Below, in pieces: positions 12,821 to 26,058 of a stretch of DNA of 64,000 nucleotides. Position numbers and translations under genes: made by a program. The notes beneath the pieces were generated by a model. That model searched no databases. It saw only the letters and a program-made list of their open reading frames with translations, and had not been told where the DNA came from. How positions within the stretch are numbered: position 1 is the first letter of the stretch; every line of letters starts with the position of its first letter. The stretch is from Balanoglossus misakiensis (taxonomy: Eukaryota > Animalia > Hemichordata): contig CM082593.2 in assembly GCA_040954595.2 (NCBI GenBank), positions 4,853,434 through 4,917,433 of the forward strand, written 5' to 3'.

Positions 12821-15422
12821 TATCAAATTTGCCCAGACTGTTTGCGTGACCACTTCAAACTGATCATGTTTTGTGCGGCCAAACCAAACCACGGCGGATA
12901 AAATACCAAATCACCGGTAATTGGCTGGAATCTGCAAGGATGGCAGTGTCTTTCAGGTCCCTAGCAATATTTTATTGGGAACATATTTGCAGCATTCCAC
13001 AGCCAAGTCTGCTAGCTTTGCACGCTTCATTATGTATCATTTGGTCGTTAGAAACTGTACATACAAAGTTGTAGGTCTTCTGACCTCTGTAAAAAGCCTG
13101 TCTGGGTTTTTCTATTCAGTATAAATGGTTAAAAATTTGTCTACATTAACTGTACTTTTAATGCACTCTTTGTGTCGACAACATTTTGCAATCCTCGTGA
13201 ATAACGCAATAATTGCAGTATTCAAACTAAAATGACGGAAAAGGTTCGTCAAAAAAATACGAACATTCTCACAAACGTTGACAGATTCCATCACTAAGCC
13301 ACAGACCAATAATAAAATACCACACATAAAAGCTAATAGTTTAAGTTTCAATTACTGTTACCACATAGTACTGCTAAATTATCCACTGTGACGTGAGCAT
13401 AATATACTGCCAGTTATTCAAGTCTGAGCCAAGAATCTTTATAAAGAATTTCAAATTACGGCGCCAGTAAATTTTTTTCTAAATTCCTGATCTAAACATA
13501 GAAGTAATGAAACACTGCAACATTTCAGTAAGATTCTTTTATTTAACTGAAAAACGTGCAACAATTTTGTGATAGTGTTTGCAAATATCCTGAACAGATT
13601 ATACCAAATTATTCAGTTAAAATTTGGCATCATTTATTATTCACATATAAAGATAATTGTATTCACATTATTTAGTTATAATATGAAGCAGTTAAGTATT
13701 ATTTAGAGATAAGATCATGTGCTTTATTTAGTGATAATGTGATGATAAATATGCTTTTTCACAATCACAAAGTTCTATGACCACCACAAAACCTGGTCAA
13801 TGACCAGAATATTTACACGGCCAATCAACGTACCAACGCAGACATGTATTGCAATGCCATTACCCCAATTCTATAGGTCCTTTGTGATGCACGTTAGTAA
13901 TATGTCGGAATTAAATATATGGCGACTGCGAAAAAATCAATTCTGCTTTTGTATATCAGATTTGAATAGCCAGAATGGCATTTCATTCATTAAATAAACT
14001 GCCCTGAATTAGGTTCATCGTTCTATAATACAGCCAAGGCTCGTCTTTCTTATGTGCAGGATTCACGCGACAGATATCAAGCAAGTCTGTAGATCACAAA
14101 CATTTCATTTCACCGTCCGCATCTAATTCACCGATTATTGAGTAGACTGTCTACTATACGACATTCCACGTATGAAAGGATGATCCTGGCGTACACGTAT
14201 GTCGTTTTTGTGTCACCACATCCAAATACTTGACGATGTACAAAACTGAATGACAGAATCAAATTAGAATTCCCGGAATGTCTATCTGTCTTCATTTGAA
14301 CTGTGGCCAACTATACATGATACTTTTGATCGAAACAGTAGCAATGCCTGTAATTTGTGTACTAAATGCTGAATCCGTGACAAACAGATTCTTGGCATTA
14401 TAAACATACGCACAGCAACAAGCAATTGCTAAAAATAATCATTTATTACCCTGGTCTTTTATTTAATATCAAAGATATATTTTGAGGCAAGGATAAATAA
14501 ATCCACATGGATTTACATCAGTACTTGCAAAAACATTATGTCATGGCAGAAAATATGCACATTATTGATAATGCAGTCCAGTTTCCAAACTCAACTGTTA
14601 CACTCATGGTCTTCCCCCGGCTGTTAATAATATGGTATTTACAAATGTTCTCTTATGCAAGGTTATTTGGAGTCAAAGGGCTGAGAACAAATTAACCTCT
14701 GTGTGGGCACAAACTATGCCGGAATTGTGTCTGATTACTGTTGACAATATTGATAAAATAGCATTTCTGGGTGTGGCAATTGAAAAGAAAAACTGTACAT
14801 GCTAGTTGCAAGTTGTATGGTTCGATGAATTGAAGAGATCGTTAGATAGAGAAAAATTATGACAGAAACTTATCAGACAACAATGATCTCAGACACCCAA
14901 GCAAGCAGACAATAAATACTTTAACGTTCAATTTTCGTTTATTTAAAATCTGACATTAAAGAGATGAAACAGGTGATGTGGCTATTATGAGACTGTTGTA
15001 ACAGATATCTTGAAATTAGGATATTTCGTCACTAAAAGTTTATCTCTGGAAAATAAAACCGGTCATTGAAATAAGGGAATGACAAAAATTTCCATTTCCT
15101 TAAAACACGGAACGATATAAACACCACAAACATGCAGTCAGCTTGACATGTTCACCCACATGTCCATATAAATGGGTTAAACCTTGCCACAAGATAACTA
15201 TGCGACTGGATGGAAAAGTATACAGTGTGTCAAAGGGTCCCAGCTAGCATTGCTGGTATTTTCATGTCAAACTGTCATTGTTTCCCAAAGCACATGAAAA
15301 ATAATTTGTCGATAATGAAACATAAGGAAAGAAACGTTTTGGTCATGGACTAACTTTCTGTTCAGTGTTTCAACCATTCTGAAAATAGATACTGTCCGAC
15401 GAAAACAAAGACTTGAAAATAC

Positions 15423-15842
15423 CTCCATCTGTCGAGTGCCAGTGTGTTTACCACTTAAGAAGTGCACACTTTTAAAGTAACCTTTTGGACAGGGAAGTAT
15501 GCCGGGTCTGGTGTCGACTTCTGCCCTTACTGGCCTCCGAAGGTGACCTGCCTTGACCCTGAGTTCTTGAAATGTCTGACAAACACTAATGCAAAGGCTG
15601 GGCACGTCAGCCAAGTCTAGTTGTTGATACGTACACGTATCAAACTTTTCCCCAAAGAAGAAGGAACAAAACAAAAGGTCCTGAACTGCAACGTTTAATA
15701 AGAACTCAATAAATCCTTTCATCGAGTCGAGCAACTTGCGATGCCAACAGTTCAACGAACCTGTCAGTGTAGTTTTGTAAACTAAAATCCATTCTGACAG
15801 TGGATACAGCCAGCCAGGTGCTATGAAGAACCATCTTCCCAT
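15423..15842 (-). CDS. Candidate ankyrin alternative first exon (up to 140 aa, ...KHTGTRQME)
   Basis: Part of the longest ORF in the window (191 aa), on the ankyrin strand; phase-0 donor GAG|gtattt. Confidence 0.4.
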
Positions 15843-18004
15843 GAATTATTGCAAGTTTACAAAGAGGACTGTGTGAAATATGGGTGGTTGTGAAGGAGTG
15901 GCAATGGTGCATGGAGGATGTACGCGTGTACATTTTGTACCACATTCAACCTGAAAACCACACAGCCTGTTCAGTTTTTTCTCTTTTCTCACAAGTTGAA
16001 GTTGGAAACTTAATAGTTTGGTTCCGTGCCGTGTATCCTGACCTTCATAAAACAGGGTAATACATTATGTCAATCATTATGTTTTTCTCGCTTCCCTATT
16101 TGTACAGGCTGCAGTGTACACACTGTTTTCCGGTCAGGTACAAGCTTCTAGTTTCGATTGATGCTGTTAATTTTTGGCATCAACTGAACAACATGAAGTT
16201 GAAAGCATTCATATCATTCACAATCACAATGGGGACCAAGTACATGTATTTGAAATTTATTTCAATTACAGTTTTTGAAATTTCTGATATTGAATTGTCT
16301 GTTTAATACTTGAAAGTTGGTAGGAGCCACAACACTACATGGATGAATAGTAGTTTGTACTACTACTACGAGATGCCCTTTGACCTCTGACCCCACTCCC
16401 GGTATAACATGTCCTCAGCTTGTAAAGGTGCCAATGCAACCAATGAGCTGTGAAATCAACTGGGTAGCTTTTGTTCAAGGTTGAATGCAACGAAATGTCA
16501 TGTGCCGTTTTTCCTTTCTTAAATGTCTGAAGTCATCTCGAGGAAAGGCATCTAGTCCATCAGGGTGGTCCTTTTTATTCTACGTGCGGGTGTCTTAAAC
16601 GACTGAATTCGACTTAACAATCCCAAAGTCTTGTTCACTTTCACGTGGGAATGAGGTCACCCCTGCCCTTATCACAGACAACTGAAAGACGAAAGCAAGT
16701 GTTGCACTCGGCAAACACAAACCATGATGTTATTAAACTTTCCACAAGTTTGGAAACTGAAATAACTCCAGAGATTACTGTTACTAGTGTTTTTCTGGTA
16801 ATATCTGACACAAGTGGGCGTCTCTTTTCCGATTGGAACTCTATCCCCTCTTAAAGACACCATAAATTTTGTGAACTCCGGAAGTGTTCGACTAGAAGGA
16901 TGAAAGATGTTGTACAGATGAAACTTTCTTTGCACACACTACAAACAACACTACCTATGCTACATTGTAAGTATTAACAAAACAGAGTTCCTGAACAAGC
17001 AGACTACAGAAAGTGACATTACCCATGATGCAACACAAACAATCTCAAGACGCCACAGTGCTAATGAACATTACTGCATCATGCATGAGGCTCACTTAAT
17101 ATGTTGCATCATGGGTAATACCACTCTACAGAAACTCAACCTCAAGCCAACATTACAGTGCAAATGAAACTTCTTGCAGGAGATTCATTAAATATGCATT
17201 TCAAAACACCCAGGGAAGATCCAGTCTATCACCCAAAACTCCTGCACCATAATTACCTACCTACACAAGAAACCACGTAAAAATATTATTCCATAAATGA
17301 CCTCAATGCACAGTCACGTTTTCCCTTCCTGATCAACACTACACAACTTTCTCGTATTTCACTTTGTTTGCTCAACATTTCCACGACAACTGCTGTCGGC
17401 AGCTTTTGTTCTCTCCATTCTACAAATAATCCGACTTTATGCTAAAAATCAGGTTTGCCTCAATATTCTTTGTTGACCTAGATTCAAAAAGGCACACCAC
17501 CTTTCATAAAAAATACCAACATTCCCAATCTATCTGAGCCATACACACTTCAGATATTTTTTTTCGATCTCAACCTATGCTCTTTATTATAACAAATTTC
17601 ACCCATTCAGGATGTTTTATTATAATACCAGTAACAGTCAAAAAAGATAATTTTATGACTAAATATAGAAATATAACATTCAAGTCAAATATGACCCGAA
17701 GTCAAATAAAATTTCACAGCAGTTACACCGAGATGAACAGTGGCGCCCACACTGAATAATTGTAATTCAATTCCAGATGGCATCGAACAATTACAGATGA
17801 TATTGAAGCAATGGTTACTGAAGATGGGACTTCATATTGTTTTATCATAAACTGCAGACAGTGGTTGTAGTAATGAGTAAGTGATGGCTGTCATTAGTGA
17901 ACGAATTGGAGGAAAGGATGGGCGGGTCTGACGTGAATTTCCCTTGTCCCCAAAACTCTTCCCGAGATGCTATTTATCCTGCGATTGGGAGGATAACTAT
18001 TTAT

Positions 18005-18140
18005 CATGTGTGTGTGTGTACATGAGCATACATGCACATTTCCACATGTACATGTATTTGTGCATACCTGCATGTGTACATGTTTAATGCATGTACATGC
18101 ATGTGAATGCACGAGTGGGTGCACATGCACACACGTGCGA
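18005..18140. repeat. Low-complexity alternating purine/pyrimidine tract (TG/CA/CATG)
   Basis: tgtgtgtgtgta catg...cacatgtacatgta...gcacatgcacacacgtgcg. Confidence 0.8.
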
Positions 18141-21100
18141 GAGCATCTCATCAAACATACAAACAGCACAAAAGCACACTGGCAAACAAGCTTTCAAGAA
18201 CACCTGCACACCAATCAAGCAACGCACTAATTGACCAATGACAGTTCTTATCTCCTGAGCCAGAGCAACCTCACCATCCGAAAGTAGAATTAGATCCCAC
18301 TAATTCTGACCTAAATCTCCATGTTTACGCTGTTGATCGAAGCCATCAATTTCGTTGATCTCCAAATCCTTATCTGACTTCAGTTTTCCCGCATCCTTTG
18401 CAAACAGTGATGGATCAGATGTCAGATGGAAAAGCCAGGCAAACAGAGCCCTTTAACAAGACAGTCTTACATAATGGATGACGGGAGACAGGTTTCAGAC
18501 AAGAACTGGAGGGATTTCAAATTACCTGGGGACAAAGTACACATATACCTTAGTTCTTAACCCCAGCAGCTAAGCAATTTGAGACATCACATTGGCTGTT
18601 AGTTACCGCGACAATTAGCCCTGATATTCATTTGCATATTCCAAATACATACTTTACAATGCTTGCAGAAAATTCAGTTATACACTAACTATGATCTACA
18701 GCTTTTTTAATACCTGGACTAAATTTTCTCATGAAGACAGGCGCACAATTGAATTTGCGCACCAACAATTCAATTTAAGAAAACATGTTTGCTTTCGAGA
18801 CACCAACCCACACAGGAAATATCCATTTGTCGGCCATCGATATCCGACATCAGTGAATCAAGTTAAGACGGACGGCCTAACATGGAATTTCACTTGGAAT
18901 GCGATTTCATCCTTGAGACACTCCTAATGCCACTTGACCTTTTGGTTTTGTCTGTATTGTCTCAAAATAAATAATGTGACCATCCAGAAAGAATTATCAA
19001 CTAGAGTCTGTCTAGCCAGTTTGATGTTTTCAGCTTCTAACTTAGAAATTTACTTTCCAGGTAACATACTGTGTACACAGGCCTGAATTTGGCACGCCTT
19101 ATTTATCAATATGATCACAGACAGCACGATTTGGATTGATGTCATGTCATCTTTCCTTCTGGTCTGCAGAAAGCAAGACTTGCCCTTTTGCGACAACTAC
19201 ACACAGCACGTCTGGTGGTCCAGATATATGTATCACAGACTTTATGATCCCGTGTTTCAGATCTGATTTTACGGATGCATGCGGTTATGCCGCAGACAGT
19301 CTTAAATGCCCAGAACGGCAGACAGAGATTCTAATTTTGTCGCAAGACACCATTAGCAGAAAGAAAACGACTGCCAGACTCTCGTGGCTTTGACTGGGCG
19401 CAGTCTTTTTCTCCCATCATGCATTAACCATCACACTGGAAAAGTCATGGTCAGACACATGAAATTCCCATTTGCTTGATTTATTTTTCTGCGAAAGAGA
19501 CACGCACACAAGATGCTTCCTGAAACAGACAAACGATTCAGTGTTGGCACTCTGCTTCACATTTTGCAGACATTACTGACAGATTATTTATGACATAATT
19601 TCTCATAGCTACCATAAATCATCATTATAATAATTTACATGGTGTACAATGTATATCTTACAAGGACAAGGCCGGTACAGATTTGATGAGCATTTGATGC
19701 ATATTTGGTAAACAGAGCAATAAGTTTTACTGTTCTCGCACAACAAAAATAAACCCTGGTCAACAGCTTGCAACTTTTGGTCCAATCAATGACATAACAT
19801 CACACTTCAACGTGCATTATACGTATGCCTCCCGGTATTCTTGCCAACAATGTACTATATTGAAACAGCAACATGATCCGTTGACAATTACTGGCCAGTT
19901 ATTTTCAGTATTTCTGGGCATCAAAGAGGTCTCATGGAGGCAATACTGATATGTCACTTGTATGTTTCCAGAGCCAAGATAGTCAAATCACTTTTTTCTC
20001 AAGAAAGCAATAACAAACACAACATAGCAATTATCTATGTGGTGGATATCAAAACAATCATGAATCCATTTGAAATTCCATCCCACAAAAATGTTGCCTG
20101 GGATGGAATTTTTTTAAATTGTAGATTGGTTTACACATACTGGAACAGGGAGTGTTTAATATTGCCTTATAATATCTCAAGAACTCTGTCTGACCTTTAC
20201 AAGTACTAGCTCTATATTTACACACATACAATCAAGTTTGATGAACTAAACTCGTAAAAACTGTGACATTGAGTATCTTAAGCTGTTGGAATATTACACA
20301 ACCCTACTTGGTGTGCCCAATGAAATTAACCTACGATTTTATGACAAGTCTGTGAGCGTGGGCACCGACCAAGGCTGGTTTGGGAATCATCGGCTTCATA
20401 ACTGTTTATGATAACCCTGCTGAGATATTTGACGGATCTAGGAACGCTTATATTACGAGCTTGTAGCAGTGATGTCATACTGTTGACACCCAAGTGTCTG
20501 GGTGTTTATCTCTCAGTGTCTGAGGGTGTCTGTGAGTGGGTGGGGTCGGGGGATGGGCGTGGTAACTGCATGTGACCCTGTGGTCGTATCTTCTCTAGCT
20601 ATCACGACAGTTTCCGACGCACCACTGCAGGAAATATGTTGGGAAGGATGCTGCCAAGACCGTGTTAACACTGTCTGCAATAACACGGATGTCATAGGGG
20701 GCCCACGACGGCATGCCATGCCATGCCAGTCGCACACAATACCAAAGTACACAAACCCTACACAGTGCGTGGACTCTACATCCTAACCAGCGAGAAAAAC
20801 AGCACAATGTCCGCCACTGTCAGACCATTAAATTCCCCAGAAAAACCCTTCGACACGCACGCACACAAGGACGTGCACAATAGACCTCGCCTACGTCAGA
20901 ATTTCACGCTACCATAGAAGGCTTTTTTTATCAAACACAGCAACAGACTGTACTATCATCTTCATCTTGAGCATGCCATGAATTGATGGGGCTCCACGAA
21001 ACATCGCCTGGCAGCCACAGTCGACAACCAGATCTGCTCTTCTGACAGAGCAACACAAAAATGTCGCAAACACAATCACTGTGACACAATTTTGCATGAA

Positions 21101-21148
21101 AGAATTGACAGGCTTAAGATTGAGGAGAAAGTGAAGGCTTCATATTAC

Positions 21149-21223
21149 CCTAGCTGTTTCCAGGTTCTCTTTGTCAAAGTCATCGATGTGCGCGATCAGT
21201 TGCTTCTGCACTTCCCGAGACAT
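21149..21223 (-). CDS. Probable ankyrin alternative first exon MSREVQKQLIAHIDDFDKENLETAR
   Basis: AAAATG start context (A at -3), 25 open codons, donor AGG|gtaata in phase 0, amphipathic protein-like sequence, CpG-rich upstream region (~21200-21900). Confidence 0.65.
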
Positions 21224-24200
21224 TTTCTCCCGGTAGACTGCCAGATATCACAGTTCAACACCGCGCGGGCAAAAAAAAAAAATCCGTAATCACTGCCACG
21301 GGGGTTTCAAAAGACCACCAAGTTCAGAACTCCGACAGGCGACCGACCATTACTCCGAGTGTAGCTGAAGAGAATTTCAGGTTGCATAAAAATAGCCAGC
21401 ACCATATAAAATATGTGTGTACTGTCATAGTATTTCACTCAACCTTACAAGGATCCGATCGGGTTTCAGTCACACCCGAGCCCCATTTGCAACGCCCACT
21501 CCTATTGGCTACAAATCCAGAAAAATGTAATGCTCTCGTTTGCATATCAGAGTAAGACACCCTCGTATATTCGTCTCTCAGCAGAGACAGAACGCGGAAT
21601 AAAAATCCATAATCCTCTCGTTGAAACGATGTGGTTTTGCGGACGCGTATTTTATTCTGAATGTAGAGATGTCGACGTCTGAATAAAAAAATACAGACGA
21701 GTCAACAGGACACGAGGCAGGCAAGAGACACCACAATGGTGTTATTATTTGGAGGTCAGAGCAGGGCAAGTGGGCTGTGGATCGACTGGAACTCCGAAAA
21801 ACATTACATCATTGTTCGGAGAGCTGCATAAACAGGTGCAGGTCCCGAGAAGGATGACAAACACACGCGAAAAGGTCATCGCTGGGACACCTCAGCACAT
21901 AAAATATAGAGCAAATAAATTTGCACATGCATGGGTGACTGGAACAGACCACTCTTTAAATAATCCATATGAAATATGAAAATGAATACAATTTTTATCA
22001 TCAAAGATGCTTAAACATATGTATAAGGAGGCTCAAATATGCTCTTGGGTATTCTGAACTGATACACAAAAATATAGTTTTCGTGCACCACCATTACCCT
22101 ACATGACCCCAACCACCCACAGCCATAAGTGTTTACTCACGTAATATGCAATTTAACACAACAATCATTCTTATAGTGTAAACATCTCAAGAAATCAAAC
22201 CTTGTTACATGGGAAGAGAGTGTGAAAGAAAAATGTTCAATGCACAGTGTAATTTATGAGTCTACAAAGAAAAGGGATTGCACTATTAGACTGATTTGGA
22301 AAACCATATGCCAGGTCAGCTCAGGATAATTTAAAAATTAACCATCATCCATTCTGCTTCAGCTGACACTGGAATCAGAACACAACCAACCTTTTTTGTA
22401 ATTTTATCCTAACTGCAACATCAAATCTGAAACACTAGAACATGATGAGACCATTAAGAGCAACTATCAGATCCATCTATCACTGCTTATAGGCTAGATT
22501 TTCAGAGATTTTCCATGTAAATGTATCTCAGACTCAAATGTTATGCTCTCTGAATGCAGTGATTAGCTGAGAGCACAGAAATTAGTTTGGCCAGACAATG
22601 TACCGTACATGTAGACAGACCAGGGTCATTTGGAAATACACATTACTGAGGATTAACCTGAAATGGATGATACAGAAGGTAGTTTTAATGCACAGTTGGA
22701 TATGGGCGTGGGATACGCCATAACATTTCAAAATCAACTCTGAGGTAAATTTTATTTTTAATGTTTCATATTATGTTACAGATATTTTTTAGTGATTTCC
22801 ATTTTCACTATGGCTGTGTATTGAGGATTGCCACCTGAAAGCCAGAAACCTTTTTGAGATCAGCAAGATTCTTGAAAATGCAGTCTTCATCTAGAGTCAG
22901 ATGCATATAACAAATACTGTATATTCTATGTACATTGTAATCAAACTGCTGACACGGTTTTCATTTTTTTATTTCAATCGATGAAAACGTCATCTCCTTG
23001 TCATAAAATTGATCTGTTTGTCATGCCAAAAGGACTCTTTAATTAACGTGGAAAACCTTCACTCAAAAGCAATGGATAATATCAAAAGGGAAAGGTAGTG
23101 CTGACCGCTTTTTATCAGCAGCAGCAACTGCAAATGTACACAAGCAATCTCAGCAATGGATCTTTTCCGTTTCAAGGAAGGAAACACCATTCCAGCCGGA
23201 CAATGCCAAAGACCGTTTTCGTCCTTATCAAATTATTTTATTAAAGTGTTTGCTTTCAAACGATGTCAATGACACAGAAACTGAAACTTGAGCTGACTTC
23301 GCTGGAAGTTGACCAATTTTTCAATGCCAGCCGTGATCCCCAACAGCAGTAAAACCAGCAATTTAACATAATTTATGCCCACTTTAATGATTTTTACAGT
23401 CCATATCTCCAGTTGTGACTACCGGTATATACGTGTACCTCAGCATGCCTGCAACCATATGCTTCAACCTAGCTCTGCGTGGCAGGGTTGTGTTGTTAAC
23501 CCAACAGGCTATGGACTGTATGGTGACTGCCCTTATAATACACACATAGTTCCCTGCCAATGACCGCACCACCCTGCAGCCATCTAAATCTGCATAAATT
23601 TTTAAATTAATTTTCAGATCAGCTGAGGGGCCCCCAAGGCCATATCTTGACAGACATTTACAACCCATGCACGCGCCATTGCCACAGTGATAGCCTCGAT
23701 GTCTCGCCATGTACAATTATACAAAGTAATGACTATCCCATTCCAGATAATGCAATGAAGCCAGAAAACAAAGTAATTACTAAATTTCATTATATATATT
23801 ATCATACCAGAATGTTAAAATATAGACCACAACTCAGTCTAATCCTGCTGTGAGGGCACTTTTCATTAATTTGTTGAAAACAAAACAACAGCCATGCTAA
23901 TGTATTTTCACGCATCAAAATAAATCTGTTACCTTCTGTAACCCTTTCACCGTTAAATATGATTTGACTCAACTATAAATACCATAAACAAGAGGTTGAA
24001 CTGATCTACATGTATGGGTAAAGGGGGGAAGGCCAAGGGACTTTCCTGTTTTTTTAATCTGTCCCAGAGGTGAAGTCTACCATAATAAGGACAAATCCCC
24101 TTTGGGCACAGGAATTGGAACAGCGGGAGAGAGAAACCAAGGAAGCTAACAAAACAGGGATAAAACTCTTTCCTTGCAGTCAGGAAGTAAGCTGAACGCC

Positions 24201-25864
24201 AATAGTCAATACCAATATTACTCCAGCTTCCCTTTCATTCCAACTGGCTACTTTCAAAAGTTCTCCTCACAGATATATTGGATTTCTCAGAGAAACCGAC
24301 TATTTTCAAGCCTTCAATTTTATGAAACTTCAACACAATGTGCATATTCTTTGTACGCTTGTATAACCCAAATGATTTCTACAAGTGAAGCAACAATCAG
24401 GAGCAATTCTCTTGGTGCATACGACTACTTGAAATAACCTTAGTTTGACACTAAAATGTGAGAAGACACTGCTTTGGGACTTGAAGCACAAAGTTCAAAG
24501 TCATCACCTTCACGGGGTAACCACACTCTCATATTTCCCTGCACTCTCATATTTCGCCACATAATTCACGTCAGCCCACACAATCAAAATGTAATTAACC
24601 CCTTTCTACATAAACTGTAAAAAAAGTGTAAGTCAACACTTCAACGGTTTGTTGGTTTTTTGTGCAAGTGAACCACAGCCTGGCCTGCTTACTATTCCAA
24701 TAAACAAAACTACAAATTACAGTGGTACAGGATCTACTACAGACTGTGATTACCCATGATGCATCTCACCACACCACTGCCCACATCCTCCCATGGGTTT
24801 TTATCAAACTTCATCCCAGCTAATCTATCCCCCATGAAAATATGCCATCCGTAATTCCTCTCCTTAAATCTTCAACATTACAAACTTCAAACTATGTGAC
24901 CTACTTGGAATACTTACAGTGGGCAAGGCCAGATTTCACACCCCTAGAAGAGGACAATCCATAACATTTTATCGACGACAGATACACACAAGTTGCTAAA
25001 TGTCTTACACATGTCCAATTTTTTTCCCTCCAAAATACGACAATGTCACCATCCAATCGACATCTGTAGATGTCACATATAATTCTGTTTTTCAATTAAA
25101 TTAACTTCACATGTCAAGGTACGACGATTTTCTATTTGGGTACGTCAACACCAAATGGTTGTTTTTATTACAATGTGTCCTCTCTGGATATTAGACATTG
25201 TCAACTCTAAGCACAGAAGTTCAGTGTGTGCAAATTTCATCAGGGTCAAAGTCATTACACTCCAAATCCTCACAAGTCATCCCAGAAGCCGAGTTCACAT
25301 CTGAAAGTCACCCATTTCTCCTACCCACACAGTAGCTTTCTCTCGTCACCCAGCTGTTTATTCGCATCACATCAGACCTTAACACTATGATTGAGCATAC
25401 ATCTGCTGCATCGAGGTACCAGGCAGTGTCAGGCCAAGGACATGGCTACATTTTCAGCATTGAAATATTCCAACACATACCCCCTACCTCCACACAGAAA
25501 ATATCAGATCAGCACGCTTTACAGTACACAGTAGCAGATGGTTTCGAAATCTACATATTAAAGGGGCAAAGGTGCCCACTTCTGACACTAGTTTGGTTAT
25601 ATTAGTGTCTTTTTTATACTGTCCAGCTGACTGAAATATGCTCAATGACCGCTTGTTACAATTCAACTCACAACATGTATATGGGCATAACATAACATGT
25701 GAATACTACTTCAACTGAACATAATTTTTGGTACTGACCAAAATATAACTGATCGAAGCGTTTATGTGTTATTATGCTCCATTAGGAGATGTGACTTTTG
25801 ACATTCCTAATGGTTATTTTGTTTTCTAATACACAGTTTCCCCCTGGGTTGAGTTTTCCCCTCT

Positions 25865-25878
25865 GTTACCATAGCAAC
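25865..25878. promoter_or_regulatory. RFX X-box motif
   Basis: GTTACCATAGCAAC, 120 bp into the intron after the 25999 candidate exon. Confidence 0.5.
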
Positions 25879-25998
25879 ATCATCCCGGGTGTCAAGTAGA
25901 TAGAGAGAACATAGTTTATCGGATACACTCCTGGCGAGCTTGTAGATTTGCACGTAATCATCAGTCTGCAAGGCAGGAATTGCCCACTCCAGACTTAC

Positions 25999-26058
25999 CC
26001 CAGCAACAAAGCAGGAGCTAGACATTAAACACGGAATGAAGTGAAGCGAATCAGACAT
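25999..26058 (-). CDS. Candidate ankyrin alternative first exon MSDSLHFIPCLMSSSCFVAG
   Basis: 20 open codons, then a strong donor GGG|gtaagt, phase 0. Confidence 0.45.

Noticed and set aside
20502-21097. Cluster of overlapping GC-rich short ORFs
   Set aside because: No domain and no in-phase donor; more likely CpG-rich intron just downstream of the 21149 exon.
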